Assembly: GCA_018268775.1 (NCBI GenBank)
Contig: JAFDVV010000019.1
Location: 156,483 to 220,482, forward strand
Direction: 5' to 3'
Origin: Acidobacteriota bacterium
Lineage (GTDB): Bacteria > Acidobacteriota > Terriglobia > Terriglobales > Acidobacteriaceae
DNA: 64,000 nt
A program made the position numbers and the translations under genes. Under the pieces are notes generated by a model that was not told where the DNA came from, made no database searches, and saw nothing but the letters and a program-made list of their open reading frames with translations. Each line of letters starts with the position of its first letter. Within the stretch, counting starts at the first letter, position 1. Shown piece after piece: positions 27,856-36,961 of the stretch.

Positions 27856-29106
27856 CTAGCTTTTGCGGGAAGTTTCGCCGGTTACTTTTGTGTAGACATC
27901 TCTCCAATCCCGAATGACTCCCGACCATAGATAGCCATGGTTGTAGGCCCGTTCCCGCGCTTGGATTGACATGCTCTCGGCCAGGCTGCCGTTCTCTGCC
28001 AGACGGTCCATGGAGGAAGCGAGTTGCTCGATTACGAACTCCTCGCTTACGGGGTCGATCAGGATTCCAGTCTCGGGTGTCACGAGCAAAGAGGGCCCCC
28101 CCCAGTTGCAGGCGATGACCGGTAGACCCTGGACCATGGCCTCCTGAACGACGATCCCGTTTGCTTCGGCAAGACTGGGGAAGACGAACGCACGGTATTG
28201 CCGCAACATCTCGGCCAGCTTGCTGTGGTCGGCGACCCACTCGATGAACTGGACGCGGTCTTCCAAAGAGAGGCTTTTTGTCAGGGACTTCAGTTGGCCA
28301 AGTTCAGGCCCGCGGCCAATAATATCCAGCTCAATTCGGTTCTTTGTCTTGAGAAGGCTCTTGATGATGAGGTCCGTACCTTTATGCTCAACCAGACGTC
28401 CGTTGTGGAAGAAGCGAAGGTTCTTGCCCTCATGGGTGATCCGGGGTTGATCGTAGAGGCGGTCGAGGACGCCGCTGTCGATCGAGGCGACAAACTGCTT
28501 CTCGCTGCATCCTGCCATGCGCAGAGATTCGTAGGTTCGTCTACCGCCTGCAACAAGCAGGGCGTTTGCCTTGCGTTTGCCTGGAAACAAGATGCCGTTG
28601 AGGTATTGCAGTGAAGGATGAAGCCAGCGCCGCACTTTGTAGGAGAGCTTTTCGCGGTGCCGAAATCCCGGTGGGTAGTGGATGTTGCCGTTGATCGGGC
28701 CGATTACAACGGTTGCGCCACCAATCGACGGGTAGGGCAGCACGGGGGACACGGGGGAGGTGAAATGGATCAGCGCTCCCGGATTTTCCTTTAGCAGAGT
28801 TCTTGCATGTCTTGCGGCGGAGCAAAAGAACAGATAGTTCAGCAATTGTTCGAATATCTTGCCGCGATAGAGCAGCCTCTCCGTCATCGTCTCGGCAATG
28901 TAGGAGACCTTCATCTCGGGGAAGCTCTTTGCCATCTCCAGACGAACACGCTCATGCGTGATCTGATGCGCGCTAACGCCTTGCTTCTCCAACTCCCGGT
29001 AAATCTGCAGGGCCTTGATCGCCTCTCCGCCCATCTGTTCGGAAACGTTGGGGGCGATGAGGATGACGTCGAATTTTTCAGTGGACGAGGCAGCAGTTAC
29101 AGTCAT
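27856..29106 (-). CDS. GT4 glycosyltransferase
   Basis: 416 aa with the E-x7-E region FPSLAEANGIVVQEAMVQGLPVIACNWGGP. Confidence 0.75.
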   Translation of the reverse strand: MTVTAASSTEKFDVILIAPNVSEQMGGEAIKALQIYRELEKQGVSAHQITHERVRLEMAKSFPEMKVSYIAETMTERLLYRGKIFEQLLNYLFFCSAARHARTLLKENPGALIHFTSPVSPVLPYPSIGGATVVIGPINGNIHYPPGFRHREKLSYKVRRWLHPSLQYLNGILFPGKRKANALLVAGGRRTYESLRMAGCSEKQFVASIDSGVLDRLYDQPRITHEGKNLRFFHNGRLVEHKGTDLIIKSLLKTKNRIELDIIGRGPELGQLKSLTKSLSLEDRVQFIEWVADHSKLAEMLRQYRAFVFPSLAEANGIVVQEAMVQGLPVIACNWGGPSLLVTPETGILIDPVSEEFVIEQLASSMDRLAENGSLAESMSIQARERAYNHGYLWSGVIRDWRDVYTKVTGETSRKS

Positions 29107-29222
29107 TCGTGTTGGAACCTTAGGAAGAACTCAGTGGCGAGGATTTCAATTGTCCGGTCAGAGCGCTTCACGAGAATACAGGAAGCGGTCAACGCTGGTC
29201 AGCAGTTGTACGGCATGTAGTC

Positions 29223-30350
29223 TTGCAAAGAAAAAAGCGCGTCTATTGCAAGTTACCCATCGGTTACGCGTGTGAGATTACATTTTTACTCACCAAAAAG
29301 GTCTATAGCAGAGATGTGGCTTCTCCGTATACTGAGAACACTGTGTCACAAGCGGCCAAAAGTTGTTACGAGTACGATGCGTCCATCATCATTGTCTCTT
29401 TTAACACTCGCGAGGTTCTTCGTGAATGCCTCGATTCGGTGATCTGCGAATCCGCCGGCTTCCGCATTGAAATACTCATAGTGGACAACAACTCGTCCGA
29501 TGGATCGCCCGAGATGATCGAGCGGGACTTTCCCCAGGTGAAGCTGATCCGAAGCGCTGTCAATCTTGGCTTCGGTGCCGCCAATAATCTTGCGCTCGAA
29601 CAGGCAAAAGGCCGGTACTACGTCCTGCTGAACTCGGACGCTTTCTTTCAAAAGGATGCGCTGAAGAGGGCGATCGAGCACATGGATGAGCAGCCCGGCT
29701 GTGGTCTTGGAGGCAGCCGCCTCATAGGAAGAGACGGATCGTGGCAGCCGTCGTCGCGCTCCTTTCATTCCATTGTCCGCGATTTGGTCGTGATGACGGG
29801 ATTGGCATACAAGTTTCCACGGTCGAGGTTCTTTGGCCACTTCGACCGGACATGGGCAGACCGCGACCAGCCGGCATCGGTTGATTGGGTTCCGGGGGCT
29901 TTTTCCATTATTCGTCCGTCGGCGTTAGCTAGAACGGGATTGTTCGATCCAGCCTTCTTTCTTTACTACGAAGAAGTCGACCTTTGCAGGCGAATCAAAG
30001 ACGCTGGCTATTCAATCTGGTACTGGCCGGACGTTGTCGTCGTTCACATCGGCGGAGAGTCTTCCCGGCAACTCAAAACAACACTCGAGATATCCTCAAT
30101 GGCGGCACAGGTGGTGATGTGGCGGATGCGCAGCACTCTTCTTTACTACCGCAAGCATCACGGTCCACAGGCCTGCATGGCCAAGTGGAGCGAGCTGACG
30201 ATGTACCGGCTTACCGTATTGCGCAATCGGTTCAGCAGCGCTCCGATGCGGAGGGAGCGCGGAGAACACTATCGCACCATGATTGCGTTGATGAACCAGG
30301 CGTGGAAGGACACTCAGGGAGGACGCGTCTCGCCCCCGCGACCGTGGTAA
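29223..30350 (+). CDS. GT2 glycosyltransferase (rhamnosyltransferase-like)
   Basis: SIIIVSFNTREVLRECLDS, VDNNSSDGS, LNSDAF and a YYEEVDLCRR motif. TTG start at 29223; an in-frame GTG at 29316 is an alternative. Confidence 0.75.
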   Translation: MQRKKRVYCKLPIGYACEITFLLTKKVYSRDVASPYTENTVSQAAKSCYEYDASIIIVSFNTREVLRECLDSVICESAGFRIEILIVDNNSSDGSPEMIERDFPQVKLIRSAVNLGFGAANNLALEQAKGRYYVLLNSDAFFQKDALKRAIEHMDEQPGCGLGGSRLIGRDGSWQPSSRSFHSIVRDLVVMTGLAYKFPRSRFFGHFDRTWADRDQPASVDWVPGAFSIIRPSALARTGLFDPAFFLYYEEVDLCRRIKDAGYSIWYWPDVVVVHIGGESSRQLKTTLEISSMAAQVVMWRMRSTLLYYRKHHGPQACMAKWSELTMYRLTVLRNRFSSAPMRRERGEHYRTMIALMNQAWKDTQGGRVSPPRPW

Positions 30351-30360
30351 CCTTCCGGCT

Positions 30361-30969
30361 ATGTCCCACACGCGCTTGAAATCCGTGCTGGTTGCACCAC
30401 TGAAGTTATTGCTGCGAGTTCTCTCGGGTCCGGGTGAATTGTTCCGGCGGCTCTACTCCCACGCCTCGCTCGCTGCGCATTTGCGCGCAAAGCTCCCCAC
30501 ATCCGTCGTTGTGCTTGGCCGGACATGGGTCTATGGGACGGGCGCCGTGCGTTTTGGCAATTCGGCGTTGATCTATCCCGATCTGCACCTTGAAACCCAG
30601 GGAGCGGCGACGATTACCCTCGGCGATGGCGTCGTGCTCTCGCGCGGGGTGCATCTTGTAGCCATGAGCGGGATAACGATCGGTAACGGCACAATGATCG
30701 GCGAATATACGAGCATCCGCGATGCAAATCATCAGCGGGTTGACGGAATGCCGCTGAGGGATTCCGGGCATACCGCCAGTCCGGTCGCTTTGGGCTCCGA
30801 GGTCTGGATTGGCAGGGGAGTGACCATACTCGGCGGGGTTTCCATAGGAGATGGCGCAACGGTTGGCGCGAATGCTGTCGTCACCCGGGACGTCCCCGCA
30901 GGCGCGGTTGTGGCCGGAGTACCGGCAAGGGCGATCTCGCAGAGCGCAGTCAGCGTACGCAGTGCGTAG
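30361..30969 (+). CDS. Hexapeptide-repeat (LbH) O-acetyltransferase
   Basis: Repeated [LIV]-G-x4 hexapeptides (ITIGNGTMIGEYTSI, VWIGRGVTILGGVSIGDGATVGANAVV). Confidence 0.75.
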   Translation: MSHTRLKSVLVAPLKLLLRVLSGPGELFRRLYSHASLAAHLRAKLPTSVVVLGRTWVYGTGAVRFGNSALIYPDLHLETQGAATITLGDGVVLSRGVHLVAMSGITIGNGTMIGEYTSIRDANHQRVDGMPLRDSGHTASPVALGSEVWIGRGVTILGGVSIGDGATVGANAVVTRDVPAGAVVAGVPARAISQSAVSVRSA

Positions 30970-31011
30970 GCTCAGACCGATTCCAGGCTCCGGCTTTCCA
31001 GCACTGACAGG

Positions 31012-31359
31012 TTAGCCGGCTTCCGCCCAATTGGTGGATTGGACGATCAGAACCATCGCCTTCGCCCAAACGGAAAGTTCGATGCTCCGTTTAAGTTCAT
31101 TTGCGATCGTCATTATATCCGGGTGGTCTCCGTAGGTTGTTGCCTGGTAGGTGGCATGGGGGAGCTTGCAGGTGATCGTTCCTCGAATGGTCCGATGCCA
31201 GAACATCGCGCTCATATGCGTATTGAGCAACTCGTAGGTTTCGTGTGTGGGCGTTCCGCGAAGTTCAATCCGTGCAAAAAGTTGCGCCATATCGACCTCA
31301 GCCATGTCATGGAGACGTCGGCCTTTGTCTCGCACAACGATAGCGGAATTTTCATTCAA
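31012..31359 (-). CDS. Hypothetical small protein
   Basis: 115-aa ORF with no recognisable motif and an uncertain start. An alternative start is the Met at MAEVDM. Confidence 0.3.
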   Translation of the reverse strand: MNENSAIVVRDKGRRLHDMAEVDMAQLFARIELRGTPTHETYELLNTHMSAMFWHRTIRGTITCKLPHATYQATTYGDHPDIMTIANELKRSIELSVWAKAMVLIVQSTNWAEAG

Positions 31360-31504
31360 ATAAATTGTCTACCATCCGAGTATCGTTATCACTCTCGTCA
31401 TGCGAGTCATGCGAGTGCAGATGGCAATTAATCTTACATTCATAGAGAAGATCCTTTGGTCACTCTGCGACTCCAAATCTTGCGAGGGTAGCCAGGGTGC
31501 CTCT

Positions 31505-33004
31505 CTATGCCCGAGGCAGGGTGAAAGAAAACACCGAACCCAAGCCGAGTTGGCTCGTGACGCTAACTTCGCCGTTATGCGCTTCGATTATCGCCTTGAC
31601 GATCGCCAGCCCCATGCCTGTTCCCTGCACGCGATGCCGCTGGCTTTGCCCTCGATAGAACTTGTCGAAGATGAGCACCTTGTCCAGATCGTCAAGTCCC
31701 ACCCCACGATCTGCGACGCTCGTTATAACAACCGAGTCCCTCGTCTCAGCACTAATGAAGACAGGCTTGCCGTCTTCTGAATACTTCGTCGCATTTTCAA
31801 GAAGGTGATGCAGCACTTTCTGAATCCAGCGGATATCCATGGCCACAGCGGGCAAACCGGGCTGCAGGTTTACTTCAACAGGATGCTTCTCCAGCATGGT
31901 GCGGCATTCGTCCATCGCTTCCCGCACGGCATCTGCAATCTGACGCGGCTCAAGATGCAGGTGAACCCCCTGCGCATCCAACTGCGCCATCTCGACGGTC
32001 TGGCCGATAAGGTGGTTCAGCCGCAGGCTCTCTTCTTCAATCACGGTGAGCAGGTCATCGCGCATCTCTGCGTCCTGAATAACCCCTGAACGGAGACTCG
32101 TGATCGAGGCAGTAATCGCCGTCAGCGGTGTCCGTAGCTCGTGTGTCACGGAGTCAAGGAGAGCGGTCCGGAGCCTCTCGCTCTCCTGGGCCGCTTCGGT
32201 ACGCGCCAGCCGTTCTGCGGTCATGCTGCGCTCCACCGCTAGAGCGATCAATCCGCTGAGTGCATCGATGGTCTCGCGTGACGGGAGATTGCCGGCGATT
32301 CCAAGGGCACCGATGGAGCGCAGACCGAGTAACAGCGGGGCGATGATGACGTTTCTTTCAGAGTCAGATCGTGTCTCCTTTCGGTCGGCGATCTCCTGTA
32401 GCTCCGCTTTGGTAATTGCCCCGGAAGCGGCAGTCGATCGATAGACGCGATCTCTGTCACGCAGGTAGATGCTTACCGCTTCATTGTGAAACGAAGAACA
32501 GATGTGGTCCGGGATAGTATTGAGCAGGTCGCTGACACGATCGGACGTGAGCAACATCTGACTGAAGTCGTAGAGTTGCTCGACCTCGCGCCTGCGGCGG
32601 TCGGAGGCTTGGGTCTCGCGGCGCGCACGCTCGGTGAGATGGCTCGCCAGCACGCCTGCGATCAAAAATGCGAACAACGCTACCCAATTCTGGGTATCTG
32701 AAATGGTCAGTGCACCTATAGGCGGGAGAAAGTAAAAATTGAAGGCCGTCGCGGCGAGCACCGACATGAAAACCGCATAGCGTAGGCCGAGGCGATTGGC
32801 AACAAAAAGAATTCCAAGTAAAAATGTGAGAGCGACCGTGGTGGGGTTAACGTGGAGGACCCGGAAATACAAGACGACGATGCACGCCACCAACGCTGTG
32901 ACAAATCCGTACCGGAGCAACTGTAGTATCCATCGCCGATTCACAGGGCAATTATAAAGACCGCATGGCCACAAAGATTGCCAATTCGACAACGGAAAGA
33001 GCAA
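31505..33004 (-). CDS. kdpD: KdpD C-terminal half: membrane domain, GAF-like domain, HisKA and HATPase histidine kinase
   Basis: Four TM helices of the KdpD type. H-box LLDSVTHELRTPLTAI. N/G boxes (HLLENATKYS, DRGVGL, GTGMGLAIVKAI). An in-frame GTG at 32944 is the more likely start, because it avoids overlap with the divergent gene. Confidence 0.85.
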   Translation of the reverse strand: MLFPLSNWQSLWPCGLYNCPVNRRWILQLLRYGFVTALVACIVVLYFRVLHVNPTTVALTFLLGILFVANRLGLRYAVFMSVLAATAFNFYFLPPIGALTISDTQNWVALFAFLIAGVLASHLTERARRETQASDRRRREVEQLYDFSQMLLTSDRVSDLLNTIPDHICSSFHNEAVSIYLRDRDRVYRSTAASGAITKAELQEIADRKETRSDSERNVIIAPLLLGLRSIGALGIAGNLPSRETIDALSGLIALAVERSMTAERLARTEAAQESERLRTALLDSVTHELRTPLTAITASITSLRSGVIQDAEMRDDLLTVIEEESLRLNHLIGQTVEMAQLDAQGVHLHLEPRQIADAVREAMDECRTMLEKHPVEVNLQPGLPAVAMDIRWIQKVLHHLLENATKYSEDGKPVFISAETRDSVVITSVADRGVGLDDLDKVLIFDKFYRGQSQRHRVQGTGMGLAIVKAIIEAHNGEVSVTSQLGLGSVFSFTLPRA

Positions 33005-34110
33005 CGCCCGAAGAGTGGCTGGAGAAGGTTGCTCCTGAAAAACGAAAGGGCTTGTTCAAAATCTTTCTCGGATACGCCCCCGGTGTTGGCAAGACCTACA
33101 ACATGTTGAGCGAGGCGATCCGGCGGCGCGAACGGGGCGAGGACGTTGTCATCGGTATTGTCGAAACACACGGCCGGGCGCGGGTGGCAGAGCTGGCAGC
33201 GCAGCTTGAGTTCGTCCCCCGCAGGCGAATGGAATTCCGGGGAACGATCTTTGAAGAGATGGACGTGGATGCGATCCTCGCGCGTTCCCCCCAGGTTGTG
33301 CTGATCGACGAACTGGCGCACACCAATGTTGAAGGAAGCAGACACCGTAAGCGCTATGAGGATGTTCTGACTATCCTCGATGCCAAAATCGACATACTGT
33401 CAACGATCAACATCCAGCACATTGAAAGTGTGACAGCGACGGTGCAAAGTCTAACCGGTGTCACCGTGCGTGAGACGGTTCCCGACTGGGTGCTGCGCAA
33501 AGCGGATGAAGTGGTGATGGTCGATCTCACACCCGAGGCATTGCAGACCCGGCTGCGCCGTGGAGATGTCTACCCTTCGGACCGCGCCGAGCGGGCCCTG
33601 ACGCACTTCTTCCGGCGTGGAAACCTTATTGCGCTGCGCGAGCTTGCACTTCAGCACGTTACTCGAGCGGTGGACAGAAGCCTCGACGAGTATGTGGCCA
33701 AAAAAAAGCTGGGAAGCCATTGGGCCGTGCATGAGCGCGTCGTAGTATGCATCAGCTCAAGCCCCGCAGCGCAGGAACTGATCGCCCGCGGAGCGCGGAT
33801 GGCAGAAGCCACAGGCGGCGACCTCTTTGCGTTGCACATCGACACGGGCCAGGACCGCTCTGAAGACGAGAACCGCACTCTGGCAGGCAACAAACGCTTT
33901 GCCATCGACCTCCATGCCGAGGTCGCGGAGGTCAAGGGTACGAGCATCCCACTGGCCATCGCCGAGTTTGTGCGTGAGAAACGCGCGACGCAGGTAATTC
34001 TCGGCCGTTCAGCAGTACGTGGACTGCGCAAGTACCTCTATTACTGGGCAGTCCAGAGGCTGCTGCAAAATGCGCCGTTTGTCGATGTGCACATCATCAC
34101 GCAGGAGTAA
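32965..34110 (+). CDS. kdpD: KdpD N-terminal sensor half (KdpD domain + Usp domain), with no kinase module
   Basis: GLFKIFLGYAPGVGKTYNML Walker-A-like KdpD signature; IVETHGR; a USP-like C-terminal part. Ends at HIITQE, exactly where the TM region starts in full-length KdpD. Confidence 0.85.
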   Translation: MATKIANSTTERATPEEWLEKVAPEKRKGLFKIFLGYAPGVGKTYNMLSEAIRRRERGEDVVIGIVETHGRARVAELAAQLEFVPRRRMEFRGTIFEEMDVDAILARSPQVVLIDELAHTNVEGSRHRKRYEDVLTILDAKIDILSTINIQHIESVTATVQSLTGVTVRETVPDWVLRKADEVVMVDLTPEALQTRLRRGDVYPSDRAERALTHFFRRGNLIALRELALQHVTRAVDRSLDEYVAKKKLGSHWAVHERVVVCISSSPAAQELIARGARMAEATGGDLFALHIDTGQDRSEDENRTLAGNKRFAIDLHAEVAEVKGTSIPLAIAEFVREKRATQVILGRSAVRGLRKYLYYWAVQRLLQNAPFVDVHIITQE

Positions 34111-34116
34111 GCAACA

Positions 34117-34824
34117 ATGCAGGACGAAACCCCTTGCCGGATTCTGGTTGTTGATGACGAGCCGCAGATAACACGGGTTCTGCGGTCATCCCTCACATCC
34201 AACGGGTACGAGGTACAGACGGCACAGGATGGCGTTGCGGCACTCGAAAAAATGGAGACGTGGGTGCCCGACATGGTGATTACCGACCTCGCCATGCCGC
34301 GCATGGATGGAGTTGATCTGTGCAACGAAATACGCGCTCACTCGAATATCCCAATCCTTGTCCTTTCGGTGCGCGACCAGGAGGCGTCGAAGGTTCGCGC
34401 ACTCGATGCCGGCGCGGATGACTACGTGACCAAGCCGTTCAGCATTCAGGAACTGCTCGCGCGTGTTCGTGCCCACATCAGAAGACAGCGGACATCGGAG
34501 ACCGAGGAGGAAACCGGGCCACTTGTGGTCGGTGATTTTCTCATTGACAGCCTCAGGCACCGCGTCGAAGTGCGGGGGCAGGAGATCCGGCTCTCACCTA
34601 AAGAGTTTGACCTGCTTCTCTACATGGCGCAGCGTCCAGAGCGGGTATTGACGCATCGTGCGCTCTTGTCCGCGATCTGGGGGCCTCATGCTGTTGGTCA
34701 GCCCGAATCGCTGCGAGTGCTTGTGGGACAGCTTCGCAGGAAGATCGAGCCGGGGCAGGAACCCAGATACATCCTCAATGAGCCATGGGTAGGCTATCGC
34801 TTTCAGCCTGACGAAAAACTGTAG
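34117..34824 (+). CDS. kdpE: OmpR-family response regulator KdpE
   Basis: REC domain (ILVVDDEPQI, MVITDLAMPRMDG, DDYVTKPF) plus a winged-helix domain (LSPKEFDLLLYM, GYRF). Lies immediately upstream of kdpFABC. Confidence 0.85.
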   Translation: MQDETPCRILVVDDEPQITRVLRSSLTSNGYEVQTAQDGVAALEKMETWVPDMVITDLAMPRMDGVDLCNEIRAHSNIPILVLSVRDQEASKVRALDAGADDYVTKPFSIQELLARVRAHIRRQRTSETEEETGPLVVGDFLIDSLRHRVEVRGQEIRLSPKEFDLLLYMAQRPERVLTHRALLSAIWGPHAVGQPESLRVLVGQLRRKIEPGQEPRYILNEPWVGYRFQPDEKL

Positions 34825-34867
34825 CGACCGCTCTTCAGCACAAAGGGCCTCCCCACGCCTTCCCCTC

Positions 34868-34906
34868 TTTACGAATTTTTTATATCTCGCCTACGGCTTT
34901 TTTACG
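34868..34906 (+). promoter_or_regulatory. Candidate KdpE operator (T-rich phased hexamers)
   Basis: TTTACG (34868), TTTATA (34879) and TTTACG (34901), spaced 11 and 22 bp apart. About 90 bp upstream of the first small ORF of the kdp operon. Confidence 0.3.
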
Positions 34907-34995
34907 CGCGACAGAATGAACTGGAACCGTTGTTGTTGGAACGCTCAGTGACCGGTTCTAGGGCCGTGCTTCACTGGCGTCAATGGAGAGCCAGC

Positions 34996-35097
34996 ATGTG
35001 GGATTTCCTGATGATTCTGTCCGGCATCGCCTTCTTTGCGATTGCCATCGCCTATACGTGGGCGTGCGAGAGACTGAGGTGGCGCAATGAGCATTGA
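34996..35097 (+). CDS. Unannotated 33-aa single-TM peptide ORF preceding kdpF
   Basis: MWDFLMILSGIAFFAIAIAYTWACERLRWRNEH. GGAGAG lies 5 nt upstream of the ATG. The ORF overlaps the kdpF start by 11 nt. Confidence 0.4.
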   Translation: MWDFLMILSGIAFFAIAIAYTWACERLRWRNEH

Positions 35098-35176
35098 AAC
35101 GGTCGCTCTGCTCGCCGTCATTGTCTTTCTGATGGTTTACCTGGTCTACGCGCTGTTGCGCCCGGAGAAGTTCTGA
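35087..35176 (+). CDS. kdpF: K+-transporting ATPase subunit F
   Basis: 29 aa, MSIETVALLAVIVFLMVYLVYALLRPEKF, with the canonical KdpF C-terminus (YLVYALLRPEKF). The stop abuts the kdpA ATG. Too short to appear in the ORF track. Confidence 0.85.
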   Translation: MSIETVALLAVIVFLMVYLVYALLRPEKF

Positions 35177-36952
35177 ATGGCTCCCAATGGATGGTTGCAG
35201 ATTGCCGTATTTTTCGGTGCGCTGCTGGTGATTGCAAAACCCCTCGGGGTCTACATGGCGAAGGTGTTCGAGGGAGAGCGGACATTCGCTGACCGATTCT
35301 TCAATCCCATCGAACGGCTTTTGTATCGTCTGACCGGCGTGAATGAAACCCATGAGATGCGCTGGACAGAGTATTGCGTCGCGATGCTCCTATTCAGTGC
35401 AGTTACGATGCTGCTGACCTATGGGATCGAACGTCTTCAGCATCTTTTGCCATTCAATCCCCAACATCTTGGTGCCGTAGCGCCCGACCTGGCTTTCAAT
35501 ACGGCCGTGTCCTTCACTACGAATACCAACTGGCAGTCGTATGTGCCGGAAACAACGATGAGCTACCTGACCCAGATGCTTGGTCTGGCCACGCACAATT
35601 TCTGGTCGGGAGCTACCGGCATCGCACTGGCGATCGCATTGATTCGCGGCATCACACGCAAGGAAAAGAACACCCTCGGGAACTTCTGGGTGGATATGAC
35701 GCGCGCAACGCTACGGGTATTGCTGCCACTGAGTGTCGTTTGCAGCCTCTTGCTCGTCTCGCAGGGCGTGATCCAGAACTTCAAACCCTATACGACAGCG
35801 CATGTCGTCGATGCGCAAACGACCACGGCAACAGGGGCCGATGGCAAGCCGGCAACTCAAAAAATCACGGAACAGACCATCGCACAGGGGCCGGTTGCAT
35901 CGCAGGAAGCAATCAAGATGCTCGGCACCAACGGCGGCGGGTTCTTCAACGCAAACAGCGCGCACCCGTTTGAGAACCCCACGCCGTTCACAAACCTTCT
36001 GGAGATGCTCTCCATCTTTGTCATCCCCGCAGGGTTTACAGTCGTGCTTGGTCGTATGACGAAGTCCCCGCGTCATGGCTGGGCGATTTTCGCTGCCATG
36101 GCCGTTCTCTTTTTTGGCGGCCTATGCGTAGCGTACCGGGCGGAATCGCAACCGAATCCTCTGCTGCACGGAGTGAATCAACAAGTCACAGCATCGCAGT
36201 CCGGCGGAAATATGGAAGGCAAGGAGGTCCGGTTCGGCATCGCCAACTCGGCGTTGTTTGCCACCGTGACCACAGACGCCAGTTGCGGCGCAGTCAATGC
36301 GATGCATGACTCCTTCATGCCCCTTGGGGGGCTTGTTCCGCTCGTGAACATCATGCTCGGTGAAGTCGTCTTCGGTGGTGTGGGAGCAGGCTTGTACGGA
36401 ATGTTGATCATGGTCGTACTGACGGTCTTCATCGCTGGCCTGATGGTCGGTCGAACGCCAGAATATCTCGGGAAGAAGATTGAGGCCTACGACGTGAAGA
36501 TGGCCATGCTCTACGTGCTTATCTTTCCACTTTGCATTCTTGTTTTCAGCGCTATCGCGTGTCTCTCTCCCACCTATGGCCTGAGCAGTCTGAACAATGC
36601 AGGGCCGCACGGGCTCTCCGAGATCCTTTACGCCTTCACCTCTGCGACCGGCAACAACGGTTCTGCATTCGCCGGACTGAACGCCAACACGCACTTCTAC
36701 AACCTCACCCTCGGTGCTGCGATGCTGATCGGGCGCTTTCTGATGATCGTCCCTATGCTGGCCCTGGCGGGAAATCTGGCAACGAAAAAACTTGTGCCGC
36801 CATCGTCCGGGACCTTTCCAGTCACAACGCCATTGTTTGCGGGTCTGCTGGTCAGCGTGATTATTATCGTTGGCGCGCTGACCTTCTTTCCCGTTCTCAG
36901 TCTTGGCCCCATCCTTGAGCACCTGTTGCTCTTCGCCGGAAAGGTATTTTGA
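35177..36952 (+). CDS. kdpA: K+-transporting ATPase subunit A
   Basis: 591 aa, a polytopic protein starting [31 protein letters not shown], with NGGGFF and [10 protein letters not shown] selectivity-filter-like segments. Confidence 0.95.
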   Translation: MAPNGWLQIAVFFGALLVIAKPLGVYMAKVFEGERTFADRFFNPIERLLYRLTGVNETHEMRWTEYCVAMLLFSAVTMLLTYGIERLQHLLPFNPQHLGAVAPDLAFNTAVSFTTNTNWQSYVPETTMSYLTQMLGLATHNFWSGATGIALAIALIRGITRKEKNTLGNFWVDMTRATLRVLLPLSVVCSLLLVSQGVIQNFKPYTTAHVVDAQTTTATGADGKPATQKITEQTIAQGPVASQEAIKMLGTNGGGFFNANSAHPFENPTPFTNLLEMLSIFVIPAGFTVVLGRMTKSPRHGWAIFAAMAVLFFGGLCVAYRAESQPNPLLHGVNQQVTASQSGGNMEGKEVRFGIANSALFATVTTDASCGAVNAMHDSFMPLGGLVPLVNIMLGEVVFGGVGAGLYGMLIMVVLTVFIAGLMVGRTPEYLGKKIEAYDVKMAMLYVLIFPLCILVFSAIACLSPTYGLSSLNNAGPHGLSEILYAFTSATGNNGSAFAGLNANTHFYNLTLGAAMLIGRFLMIVPMLALAGNLATKKLVPPSSGTFPVTTPLFAGLLVSVIIIVGALTFFPVLSLGPILEHLLLFAGKVF

Positions 36953-36961
36953 GGAACTTCC

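Noticed and set aside
31397-31414. Tandem duplication GTCATGCGA x2.
   Set aside because: Only two copies of a 9-mer in an intergenic region. Too short to call a repeat element or regulatory site.
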